Positions 47,008 to 54,029 of a stretch of DNA of 54,029 bases are shown piece after piece. The notes under the pieces are model-generated. The model was not told where the DNA came from. It saw nothing but the letters and a program-made list of their open reading frames with translations, and did not search any database. The stretch lies in assembly GCA_937858775.1 (NCBI GenBank), contig CALLYX010000364.1, positions 1 to 54,029 of the forward strand. Direction: 5' to 3'. The first letter of the stretch is position 1. Every line of letters begins with the position of its first letter. The position numbers and the translations under genes are program-made. Source of the stretch: an uncultured bacterium. Its GTDB lineage: Bacteria; Auribacterota; Tritonobacteria; UBA1439.

Positions 47008-48132
47008 TCAGGTCAGGCGAATCGGCATGATGACGTAGAGGAACGACTTCCCGCTCCTGATGACGCCTGGGTTGAGGGCGTCGGTGAGCTCCAGGGCGAC
47101 CTCCTCCTCGTCCAGGTTCCTGAGGACGTCCACCAGGAATTGGGGGTTGAAGGCGATGGAGAGTTCCTCCCCGGAGTAGGAGATGCTCATCTCCTCCCGC
47201 GCCTCCCCCACCCCGGGGGCGTTCGCAGAGAGTATGAGGCGGTTCTTCTTCAAGGCGATCTTGATCGAGTTCGCATGCTCGGTCGCCAGGAGCGACATGC
47301 GGCGCGCCCCCGCGAGCAGCTCCTCCCGTCCGAGCAGGAGCTTGTGCGCGACCTTCTGCGGGATCACCTGCTGGTAGTTCGGGAAGTGGCCCTCCACCAG
47401 TCGGGTGACCAGCGTGCAGTCGCCCAACGAAAACGCGGCCTGCGTCTCGCCGAGAAACACCTGCACCGTATCCCCCCCCTCCTTCTCCCCCTCCTCGGCC
47501 TTCTTCCACTCGAGGATCCGGCCGAGTTCAAGGACCGCCTTTGTAGGGATGATGACCCCCCGGTCCTCCCCCTCCGGTATGTCCGCCGGGATGTCGCAAA
47601 GGGCGAGCCGCCTTCCGTCCGTGGCGACACCCCTCGCCGAGCCTTTCGAGAGGAGCAGGTAGAGGCCGTTCAGGACGTACCGGCTCTCGTCGTGCGAAAC
47701 CGCGTAGTGCGTCTTCCGGATCAGGTCCGCCAAGGGGCCGCGCGGCAGTTTCAAGGCCCCGCCCTTGTCGAACTGCGGGAGCTTGGGGAAGTCGTCCTTC
47801 GGGAGGCAGAACATCTTGAAGTAGGAGGCATCGTATCGTATCTCGGCGTCCTTCCCGTCCGTCGCCTCAAGGGCGACCTCGGCCACGGGGAGCTCCCTGA
47901 GGATCGAGAGGAGGCGCTTGGCGTGGAGGGTTATGGCCCCCTTCCTCTCGACCTTGGCGGGGATTCTTCGGCGTATCCCCACCTCGAGATCCGTCGCGGT
48001 CAGGAGGAGGTCTTTACCCTCGGCCTCGAGAAGGACGTTTGAGAGAATCTGGATAGGGGCTTTCGCGCCCACAATCCCTTGAACCGACTGCAGACTCTCG
48101 ATGAAGTCCTGCTTCGCGCACTTGATCTTCAT
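47008..48132 (-). CDS. dnaN: DNA polymerase III beta sliding clamp
   Basis: 374 aa with three-domain clamp features: MKIKCAKQDFIESLQSVQGIV...PIQILSNVLLEA...YLFVIMPIRL-like C-terminus YVIMPIRLT. Confidence 0.95.
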   Translation of the reverse strand: MKIKCAKQDFIESLQSVQGIVGAKAPIQILSNVLLEAEGKDLLLTATDLEVGIRRRIPAKVERKGAITLHAKRLLSILRELPVAEVALEATDGKDAEIRYDASYFKMFCLPKDDFPKLPQFDKGGALKLPRGPLADLIRKTHYAVSHDESRYVLNGLYLLLSKGSARGVATDGRRLALCDIPADIPEGEDRGVIIPTKAVLELGRILEWKKAEEGEKEGGDTVQVFLGETQAAFSLGDCTLVTRLVEGHFPNYQQVIPQKVAHKLLLGREELLAGARRMSLLATEHANSIKIALKKNRLILSANAPGVGEAREEMSISYSGEELSIAFNPQFLVDVLRNLDEEEVALELTDALNPGVIRSGKSFLYVIMPIRLT

Positions 48133-48444
48133 ATCCCCTCCCTTCGCCTGTTATCCACGTGCCGGATATGGGAAATGATCTCCATTTATATAGAAAAGCA
48201 GCAGTAGTAAACGGATGTATAACCCGGGAAACCCCGCGGCGTCGAGGGGCGCCGCCCGGAGGATATTTCGCAACATCTTGTGTAGCAGCGGAATGCGTCT
48301 TGGCCATGATTCGCGGCTTTCGGCCGGCGGGCTGTGGATAAATCCGGCATATCCTGTGCAGCGAGAGGCAGTTGAGAGAACAGCCCCCGCTCAGCCGGGC
48401 CCCCGCGTTTTGTCCACAGCTTATCCACACGCCTCTCCATGGCT
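48133..48444. other. Candidate oriC: DnaA-box cluster plus an AT-rich stretch in the dnaA-dnaN intergenic region
   Basis: TTATCCACG lies at 48151..48159. TGTGGATAA at 48333..48341 is the reverse complement of TTATCCACA. TTGTCCACA lies at 48410..48418 and TTATCCACA at 48421..48429. The AT-rich 48172..48222 (TCCATTTATATAGAAAAGCAGCAGTAGTAAAC) could be a DUE. Confidence 0.6.
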
Positions 48445-49809
48445 TCACGATTTCAGTTGGCGTTCGATATACCCCACGACCTTCCTCACCCCCTCGTCGC
48501 TCTTGAGGCGCGACTCGATCGACTTGACCGCGTGAAGGACGGTGGTGTGATCCCTCCCCCCGAACGCATCCCCGATCTCGGGGAGGGAGCAGCCGATCAA
48601 CTTGCGGGCCAGGTACATTGCGATCTGCCGTGGAAAAGATATCGCCTGGGGGCGCTTCTTGCTCATCATGTCGGAGACCCGGATGTCGAAGTATTCCGCC
48701 ACCTTCTTCTGTATCGCCTCCATGGTGACGGTCTTCGCCTCCTCGGTCCCGACCATGTCGCCGAGTATCGCCTCGGCGACCTGAACGTTCATGGGCGCCT
48801 TCATGAGCGAGCTGTAGGCGGTTAACCGGCTCATGGCCCCCTCCAGCTTCCGGACGTTGGATTTGATCTTCGAGGCGATGTAGAAGACGACCTCGTCCGG
48901 GAGGGACACCTTCTCCTGCTCCGCTTTCTTCCTGAGGATCGCGACGCGCGTTTCGATATCCGGGACCTGGAGGTCCGTCACGAGTCCCCACTCGAACCGG
49001 GAGACCAGCCGGTCCTCGAGCTTGGGGATCTCCTTGGGCGGACGGTCGCTCGACAGGACGATCTGCTTGTGCGCGTCGTAGAGCGTGTTGAAGGTGTGGA
49101 AAAATTCCTCTTGCGTCTGCTCCTTGCCGCCGAGGAAGTGCACGTCGTCGATGAGCAGAACGTCCACGTTCCGGTAACGGTTCCTGAACTTGACCGTGGC
49201 CTTGTTCTGGATCGCGTCGATGAGCTGGTTCGTGAACTTCTCGCTCGATATGTAGCTCACGTTCGCGTCCCTGAGGTTGCCCTGGATATGATGCCCGATC
49301 GCCTGCATCAGGTGCGTCTTCCCGAGGCCTACACCGCCGTATATGAAGAGGGGGTTGTAGGCCTTGGCGGGGGATTGGGCCACGGCGATCGAAGCGGCGT
49401 GCGCAAAGCGGTTGCTCGGCCCGACGACGAACGTGTCGAAGGTGTACCTCGGGTTGAGACGCAGCTCCGGGTTGAGGAGTCTCCTTCGAGTCACAGTGAC
49501 GCGGGCGGTCGCGGGAGGCGGCGCGGCGGGGGCGGATGGGGTTTCCGCGGCCGCCGCGTTGCCCGGCCGGACGCATTCCACCTTGATGGTGCGGCCGAGG
49601 ATGGCCGCCGCGGCATTTTCGATCTCGCCGCGATAATGCTCGGCGATCCAGTCGCAGAAAAGCTTGTTGGGAACCTCGAGGACAAGCTTATCCTCGCCGA
49701 CCGAGACCGGGCGGACCGGCTGGAGCCAGGTCTGAACCGTGTCCTTGTGGGCACCGCGCGCGATCCTGCCGATGATCGATTTCCAGAGAGATTGGGTCGG
49801 GATGTCCAC
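48445..49809 (-). CDS. dnaA: Chromosomal replication initiator DnaA
   Basis: 454 aa counted from GTG 49809, which lies 5 nt after GGAGG. The Walker A is GGVGLGKTHLMQAIG. Also present are the sensor motifs and the C-terminal DNA-binding region (SFPRQIAMYLARKLIGCSLPEIGDAFGGRDHTTVLHA). The longer 522-aa ORF start seems unlikely. Confidence 0.9.
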   Translation of the reverse strand: MDIPTQSLWKSIIGRIARGAHKDTVQTWLQPVRPVSVGEDKLVLEVPNKLFCDWIAEHYRGEIENAAAAILGRTIKVECVRPGNAAAAETPSAPAAPPPATARVTVTRRRLLNPELRLNPRYTFDTFVVGPSNRFAHAASIAVAQSPAKAYNPLFIYGGVGLGKTHLMQAIGHHIQGNLRDANVSYISSEKFTNQLIDAIQNKATVKFRNRYRNVDVLLIDDVHFLGGKEQTQEEFFHTFNTLYDAHKQIVLSSDRPPKEIPKLEDRLVSRFEWGLVTDLQVPDIETRVAILRKKAEQEKVSLPDEVVFYIASKIKSNVRKLEGAMSRLTAYSSLMKAPMNVQVAEAILGDMVGTEEAKTVTMEAIQKKVAEYFDIRVSDMMSKKRPQAISFPRQIAMYLARKLIGCSLPEIGDAFGGRDHTTVLHAVKSIESRLKSDEGVRKVVGYIERQLKS

Positions 49810-50005
49810 CAAAACCTCCGCGCGGAGTATAGACGAACGTGAGAGCGTTGTGAAGGAAAAAAGCAAAACGTAACATACATATCCGCAATATGTTATGAAT
49901 GAGGCAAAACGACCCGGGCCGGATTTTCCGGGGGTCCGCTCCAGCCGCGGGGGAAGGCGCGGGAGGACTCTCTGAAAGCCCGTCAAGGCGGCTGCGGCGG
50001 CATTG

Positions 50006-50025
50006 TTTTCCACAACTTATCCACA
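50006..50025 (+). promoter_or_regulatory. Paired DnaA boxes upstream of dnaA
   Basis: TTTTCCACA (50006..50014), then AC, then TTATCCACA (50017..50025). This is the same two-box, 2-nt-spacer architecture and orientation as 48410..48429. Confidence 0.6.
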
Positions 50026-50203
50026 GGGGGGGATGGATCGAGAAAGGCCGGCGCGAAAGGGCCAAGCGCGATGGCCAAGAAGGAAAGTGCGCTTCGCGCC
50101 CGGGGGCGGCGTGCGAAGCGCGAGCATCGCGTGTTGACAAACACCCCGGCGTATATATAATCGCGAAAGTCGGAGAACCTTGCCGGAGACGGAAAGGAAA
50201 TCG

Positions 50204-50338
50204 ATGAAGAGGACCTATCAGCCATCGAGGCGGTGGAGGAGCAGAAGGCACGGATATCTCAAGCGAAAGAGCACGAGGGCCGGCCGCGCCGTGATCAGGC
50301 GAAGGCGCAAGAAAGGCAGGAAGAAGCTCACCGCGTGA
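50204..50338 (+). CDS. rpmH: Ribosomal protein L34
   Basis: Translated by hand because it is below the ORF-track size cut-off: [44 protein letters not shown]. It has the canonical MKRTYQPS start and lies directly upstream of rnpA. Confidence 0.9.
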   Translation: MKRTYQPSRRWRSRRHGYLKRKSTRAGRAVIRRRRKKGRKKLTA

Positions 50339-50365
50339 ACCCGCTGCGACCGGTCCCAGAAATGG

Positions 50366-50755
50366 GTGGTGGAGATGAGAGCGGCGCGGGCCGAACGGTG
50401 GAAATATTTCGTCCTTTCAAGGCCCGATCTGCGCGAGGTCCTGGAGAAGGGGCGGCGGCGCGCGGGACGCTGCATGGTCGTATGCGTGCTCCGCGGGGGG
50501 AAAGGGCGCCGATTCGGCGTCTCGGCAAGCCGCCGCGTAGGTTCCGCGGTGGAGCGCAACAGGGCCAAGCGCATCTTGCGCGAGTTGATGCGGCTCCACA
50601 GGGGCCGCATCGCGGATGGCACATGGATCGTCGCGATAGCGCGAACGGGCATATTCGCTAACACCTTTGAAGGCAAGGAGATAGAGTATCTTTCTCTCCT
50701 GGGCAAATCCGGCGCAATAAGGGAAAAGAGCGCCCCGCCGGTGAAGCCCGATTGA
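50366..50755 (+). CDS. rnpA: RNase P protein component
   Basis: RFGVSASRRVGSAVERNRAKRILRELMR is the RNR motif region. The gene holds the conserved position after rpmH. Confidence 0.85.
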   Translation: MVEMRAARAERWKYFVLSRPDLREVLEKGRRRAGRCMVVCVLRGGKGRRFGVSASRRVGSAVERNRAKRILRELMRLHRGRIADGTWIVAIARTGIFANTFEGKEIEYLSLLGKSGAIREKSAPPVKPD

Positions 50756-50814
50756 ATCCCGCCGTCGCCATGCGCTTGTGAGAAGATCAAACCGGACAGG
50801 GGCGAAGAAGGCGC

Positions 50815-51129
50815 ATGGGACATATTCCAAAGCCGATGGCCGCGAGAGTGATCGAAACAATCGTCAGGAAGGCGATCGCCGCTTATCAACTGGGCGTGTC
50901 GCCTCTCCTGGGGCCGCACTGTAGATATTACCCGAGCTGTTCCCAGTACATGAGCGACGCCATCCAGGCGCGCGGCCTGGTCGCCGGGGTCGCGCGCGGC
51001 ATACTCAGAGTGGCGCGCTGCAATCCGCTCTTCCCCGGCGGGTATGACCCGGCAACCGGAGGGGATCGCGCGGGATCCGGGGCCGGCGGCGCTTCGATGG
51101 ATCGGAATGCCCGTGGAGAAAAGGAATAA
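50815..51129 (+). CDS. yidD: Membrane protein insertion efficiency factor YidD
   Basis: AIAAYQLGVSPLLGPHCRYYPSCSQYMSDAIQARG...RCNPLFPGGYDP is the canonical YidD motif set. Confidence 0.85.
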   Translation: MGHIPKPMAARVIETIVRKAIAAYQLGVSPLLGPHCRYYPSCSQYMSDAIQARGLVAGVARGILRVARCNPLFPGGYDPATGGDRAGSGAGGASMDRNARGEKE

Positions 51130-51132
51130 CGC

Positions 51133-52794
51133 ATGGATCGCAGGACATTGCTCGCTCTGGCCCTCTCGTTTATCGTCATCGTGATCTACACGCGATTCAT
51201 CCACCCCCCGCCCAGGAATACGGCGGCGCCGGATAAGCGCGAAGTTGCGGCCGTGGAGGTGCCGACGCCGGTTGCGCCGAGGAGGGATGTGTTTCCAAAC
51301 ACGGGGCCCCTTCCGGTAGCATTATCCGAGCCAAAGGGGAAGTTATCCACAGTCAAAACGAGAACAATGGAGGTCGAGTTCAGCAGCGCCGGGGGATGTA
51401 TCTCCAATCTAACGCTTCTCAAGTCATCCGTCATAAAGAAAGGGCCGGTAAGAGTAATACAGACGTTACAGCCTGCGTTCCAACTCGTTGCGCTTAGAGC
51501 AGGGCTCGGCCGTGGTGGGGACGCGGATGTGGAGTACCTGGCGGAGCCGGGTAGCGGCGCCGCTGGAACGGTGGAGTACCGAAGGGATTTCGGTCCGGTT
51601 CGAGTACGGAAGTCATATCATGTTCGAGATGAAGGATATGTGATTGACACTGAGACCGCGATCACGAACAACGGCCGGGACAGGATCGTATTCGACAAGG
51701 GCATCGAGATCGGGGCCGGTTCCGTGATCGCCCTCACCGCATCCGAAAAGGGCGCGCACGTCGGCGTGGACAGGCTCGACGCGGCCGGACGCATCACGCG
51801 CGTGGGCGCCGGGAAGGCGGCCAAGGGGGCGAGGGAACTCAAGCCGGCGCGCTGGTTCGCGTTACGAAACCAGTTCTTTGCCGTGATCCTCAAACCTGCG
51901 GAAGAGGCGGCGGGTTGGTCGGCAAGGGAGATCATTACGCAGGATGGGGTGAGCGGAATCGAAGGGGCGCTTAGGACCGCCCCCATCGCGGTCAACCCGG
52001 GAGAAAGCAAGGTGATCCGCGTGAGCGTCTACGCAGGTCCAAAGGAGTATACGGCCCTCTCGACTTTCGGGGCCGCGGAGATCATAGATTTCGGCTGGTT
52101 CGGCTTTGTCGGAAAATGGATCTTATTGGGGCTCAACTGGTTGTATCGTATCTGCGGGAATTACGGGGTCGCCATCATTCTTCTGACAGTCGTCATCCGC
52201 GCGATACTCTACCCGTTGAACCAGAAGAGCTTCCGGTCGATGAAGGAGATGCAGAAGCTTCAGCCAGAGATCACGGCGGTCCAGCAGAAGTACAAGGCGG
52301 ATCCGAAGAAGAGCCAGGCGGAGATGATGAAGCTCTACAAGGAGCACGGGGTCAACCCGATGGGGGGGTGTCTCCCGCTGCTCATACAGATGCCTATACT
52401 CATCGCTTTCTTCCGGGTTCTCCAGAACGCGATCGAACTCTGGGGTGCCCCGTTTTGCCTCTGGATGACGGACCTGTCGGAACCGGACGCGCTCTTCAAG
52501 TTCCAGACAGGCAGGAGCGCCTGGCCGTTCATAGGGAGGATGGTGGACGGGCACGGCTACGTCTTCCTGAATGTGCTTCCGATCCTCATGCTGGCGGTTT
52601 TTTATATCCAGCAGAAGATGACGCCGACGGCCATGGCCGCGACGCCTGAGCAGCAACAACAGCAGAAGCTGATGGGGGCCGTGATGCCGCTGATGTTCGG
52701 CGTGATCTTCTACAATATGCCGGCGGGGTTGAATCTCTATTTCGCGGCGAGCACGCTGCTGGGAATAATACAACAGAAATATATGATCAAATAA
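51133..52794 (+). CDS. yidC: Membrane protein insertase YidC
   Basis: 553 aa with an N-terminal TM helix and a large periplasmic domain. The C-terminal 60-kDa IMP core is NYGVAIILLTVVIRAILYPL...MQKLQPEI...GCLPLLIQMPILIAFF. Confidence 0.95.
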   Translation: MDRRTLLALALSFIVIVIYTRFIHPPPRNTAAPDKREVAAVEVPTPVAPRRDVFPNTGPLPVALSEPKGKLSTVKTRTMEVEFSSAGGCISNLTLLKSSVIKKGPVRVIQTLQPAFQLVALRAGLGRGGDADVEYLAEPGSGAAGTVEYRRDFGPVRVRKSYHVRDEGYVIDTETAITNNGRDRIVFDKGIEIGAGSVIALTASEKGAHVGVDRLDAAGRITRVGAGKAAKGARELKPARWFALRNQFFAVILKPAEEAAGWSAREIITQDGVSGIEGALRTAPIAVNPGESKVIRVSVYAGPKEYTALSTFGAAEIIDFGWFGFVGKWILLGLNWLYRICGNYGVAIILLTVVIRAILYPLNQKSFRSMKEMQKLQPEITAVQQKYKADPKKSQAEMMKLYKEHGVNPMGGCLPLLIQMPILIAFFRVLQNAIELWGAPFCLWMTDLSEPDALFKFQTGRSAWPFIGRMVDGHGYVFLNVLPILMLAVFYIQQKMTPTAMAATPEQQQQQKLMGAVMPLMFGVIFYNMPAGLNLYFAASTLLGIIQQKYMIK

Positions 52795-52826
52795 TATCAC
52801 ATAAGATCATATATTCATTAGAGAAG

Positions 52827-53336
52827 ATGATGAGCGTTACAGATACCCAGGTCAGGGAAATCGTCGAAAAGATCATGGGCGGCCTTTCGGTTTCCGCGAC
52901 GATCTCCTCGAGGGTGGAAAACGAGGCCATATTCGTCAATATTGACGTTCAGGAGCCGGATCGGCTTCTGGGCAGGGAGGGGCGCGGTCTAGAGGCGCTC
53001 CAGTACTTGGTTCAGAGGATCGCCGGCAGGACGGCGGGCGAGGAAGAGCTGCCCCCCATAGTCGTGGACGTGAACGGATACAGGAAGAGGCGTGAAGAGG
53101 AACTCTCGCTCATGGCCAAGGAAATCGCGGCGAGGGTTCACGCCAGCGGTGCGTCGGTCCTGCTCGGGCCCATGGCGGCGTGGGAGCGCAAAATAGTCCA
53201 CATGGCCGTGAGGGACGAGGCCGGCCTCGAGACGGAGAGCGAGGACAGCAAGGCGGGCCGGCGCGTTCGCATCAGGGCCAGGCGGAAGACCGACCCCGAA
53301 CAGGCGCCTGGCGGCCCCCCGGATAACGCGAAGTAG
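52827..53336 (+). CDS. jag: Jag/KhpB-like KH + R3H RNA-binding protein
   Basis: 169 aa with a KH-like region and an R3H-like region (LGPMAAWERKIVHMAV). It holds the conserved position between yidC and mnmE. Confidence 0.75.
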   Translation: MMSVTDTQVREIVEKIMGGLSVSATISSRVENEAIFVNIDVQEPDRLLGREGRGLEALQYLVQRIAGRTAGEEELPPIVVDVNGYRKRREEELSLMAKEIAARVHASGASVLLGPMAAWERKIVHMAVRDEAGLETESEDSKAGRRVRIRARRKTDPEQAPGGPPDNAK

Positions 53337-53370
53337 CCGCGAAGACAGACCGCCGCAAGCGGCATTTCAG

Positions 53371-54029
53371 ATGAAGGCCCACCCCGACGATACGATCGCC
53401 GCGGTATCAACCCCACAGGGAAGAGGAGCGATCGGAATCGTGCGCCTGAGCGGGCCAAGGGCCTTGGAGATAGCGGGGCTGCTGGCCCCCGGCCCGCCAC
53501 GGGATCCCCCGGTCCGTTGGAAATCCCACACGTTGCGGCGCGCCGTCATCAGGAGCGGAGGCAGGGAGATCGACGACGCCCTGGTGGCGGTCATGCGCGG
53601 CCCGAGAAGTTACACCGGGGAGGACATGGCCGAGTTCCACTGTCACGGCAATCCCCTGGTGCTTGCGCGCGTCGTGGAGGCGTGCGTGCGCGAAGGCGCG
53701 CGCCCGGCGCTCCCCGGGGAGTTCACCAGGCGGGCGTTTCTGAACGGCAAGATGGACCTGTCGCAGGCCGAAGCGGTGGCGAGGATCATAGAGGCCTCCA
53801 GCGATAGGGTCCTCGACCTCGCGCGAAGGCAGGCGGAGGGCGAACTCGGCCGGAGGGTGGAGAAGCTGCGCGAGGCGCTGATAGGGCTCCTAGCCGAAGT
53901 CGAAGCCCGGTTGGAATTTCCGGAGGAGGATCTCGGCGAGGGGGAACCGGTCGCCGGGCGGATCGCCCTCGCCGCCGGCGAGTGGCGGGCGCTCGCGGCG
54001 GCCCAGGCGGAAGGGGCGCGGGCGGATTG
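53371..54029 (+). CDS. mnmE: tRNA modification GTPase MnmE, N-terminal part (runs off the right edge)
   Basis: Hand translation gives MKAHPDDTIAAVSTPQGRGAIGIVRLSGPRA...SYTGEDMAEFHCHGNP...PGEFTRRAFLNGKMDLSQAEAV, the canonical MnmE N-domain. Confidence 0.9.
   Translation, partial: MKAHPDDTIAAVSTPQGRGAIGIVRLSGPRALEIAGLLAPGPPRDPPVRWKSHTLRRAVIRSGGREIDDALVAVMRGPRSYTGEDMAEFHCHGNPLVLARVVEACVREGARPALPGEFTRRAFLNGKMDLSQAEAVARIIEASSDRVLDLARRQAEGELGRRVEKLREALIGLLAEVEARLEFPEEDLGEGEPVAGRIALAAGEWRALAAAQAEGARAD

Overview
High-GC bacterial chromosomal window, probably from an uncultured organism, in two parts. (1) 1-19.3 kb is a mosaic accessory region. It holds fragments of four IS families: an ISL3 end, an IS1595 transposase tail, a solo plus a truncated IS3 copy, and the 5' part of an IS21. 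It also holds a low-GC insert, a tyrosine integrase and an AbiEi/AbiEii toxin-antitoxin pair. Two ~160-nt homologous att-like modules each end in a tRNA-Met-like 3' half. A co-oriented effector locus runs from 5.5 to 16.8 kb: a PAS-LuxR regulator, two secreted PLD-family enzymes, a 1441-aa RHS/YD-repeat toxin and a beta-propeller immunity candidate. The second PLD enzyme carries lamin-tail and FlgD-Ig-like domains and has no recognisable start codon. The RHS toxin ends in an AT-rich, Cys-rich phospholipase-A2-like module. (2) 19.3-54 kb is mostly core. It encodes a Cache-HAMP sensor, an MscS-type channel, a DEDDh exonuclease with a WYL-like tail, a vWA protein, a pRiA4-ORF3-like protein and several small secreted repeat proteins. 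It also encodes an ArsR/FeoB/Zn-ribbon/DtxR-FeoA iron cluster, YihY, a flavoprotein and DUF488. The replication-origin neighbourhood follows: serS-gyrA-gyrB-DUF721(DciA-like)-dnaN-dnaA | rpmH-rnpA-yidD-yidC-jag-mnmE, with paired DnaA boxes on both sides of dnaA. I saw no rRNA, intact tRNA or CRISPR array. The best candidates for something undescribed are the regulator-linked PLD/PLD-LTD/RHS-PLA2 effector locus with its swapped AT-rich toxin-immunity cassette, the duplicated att/tRNA-half modules, and the exonuclease-WYL fusion. All functional calls rest on motif recognition by eye; no searches were run.
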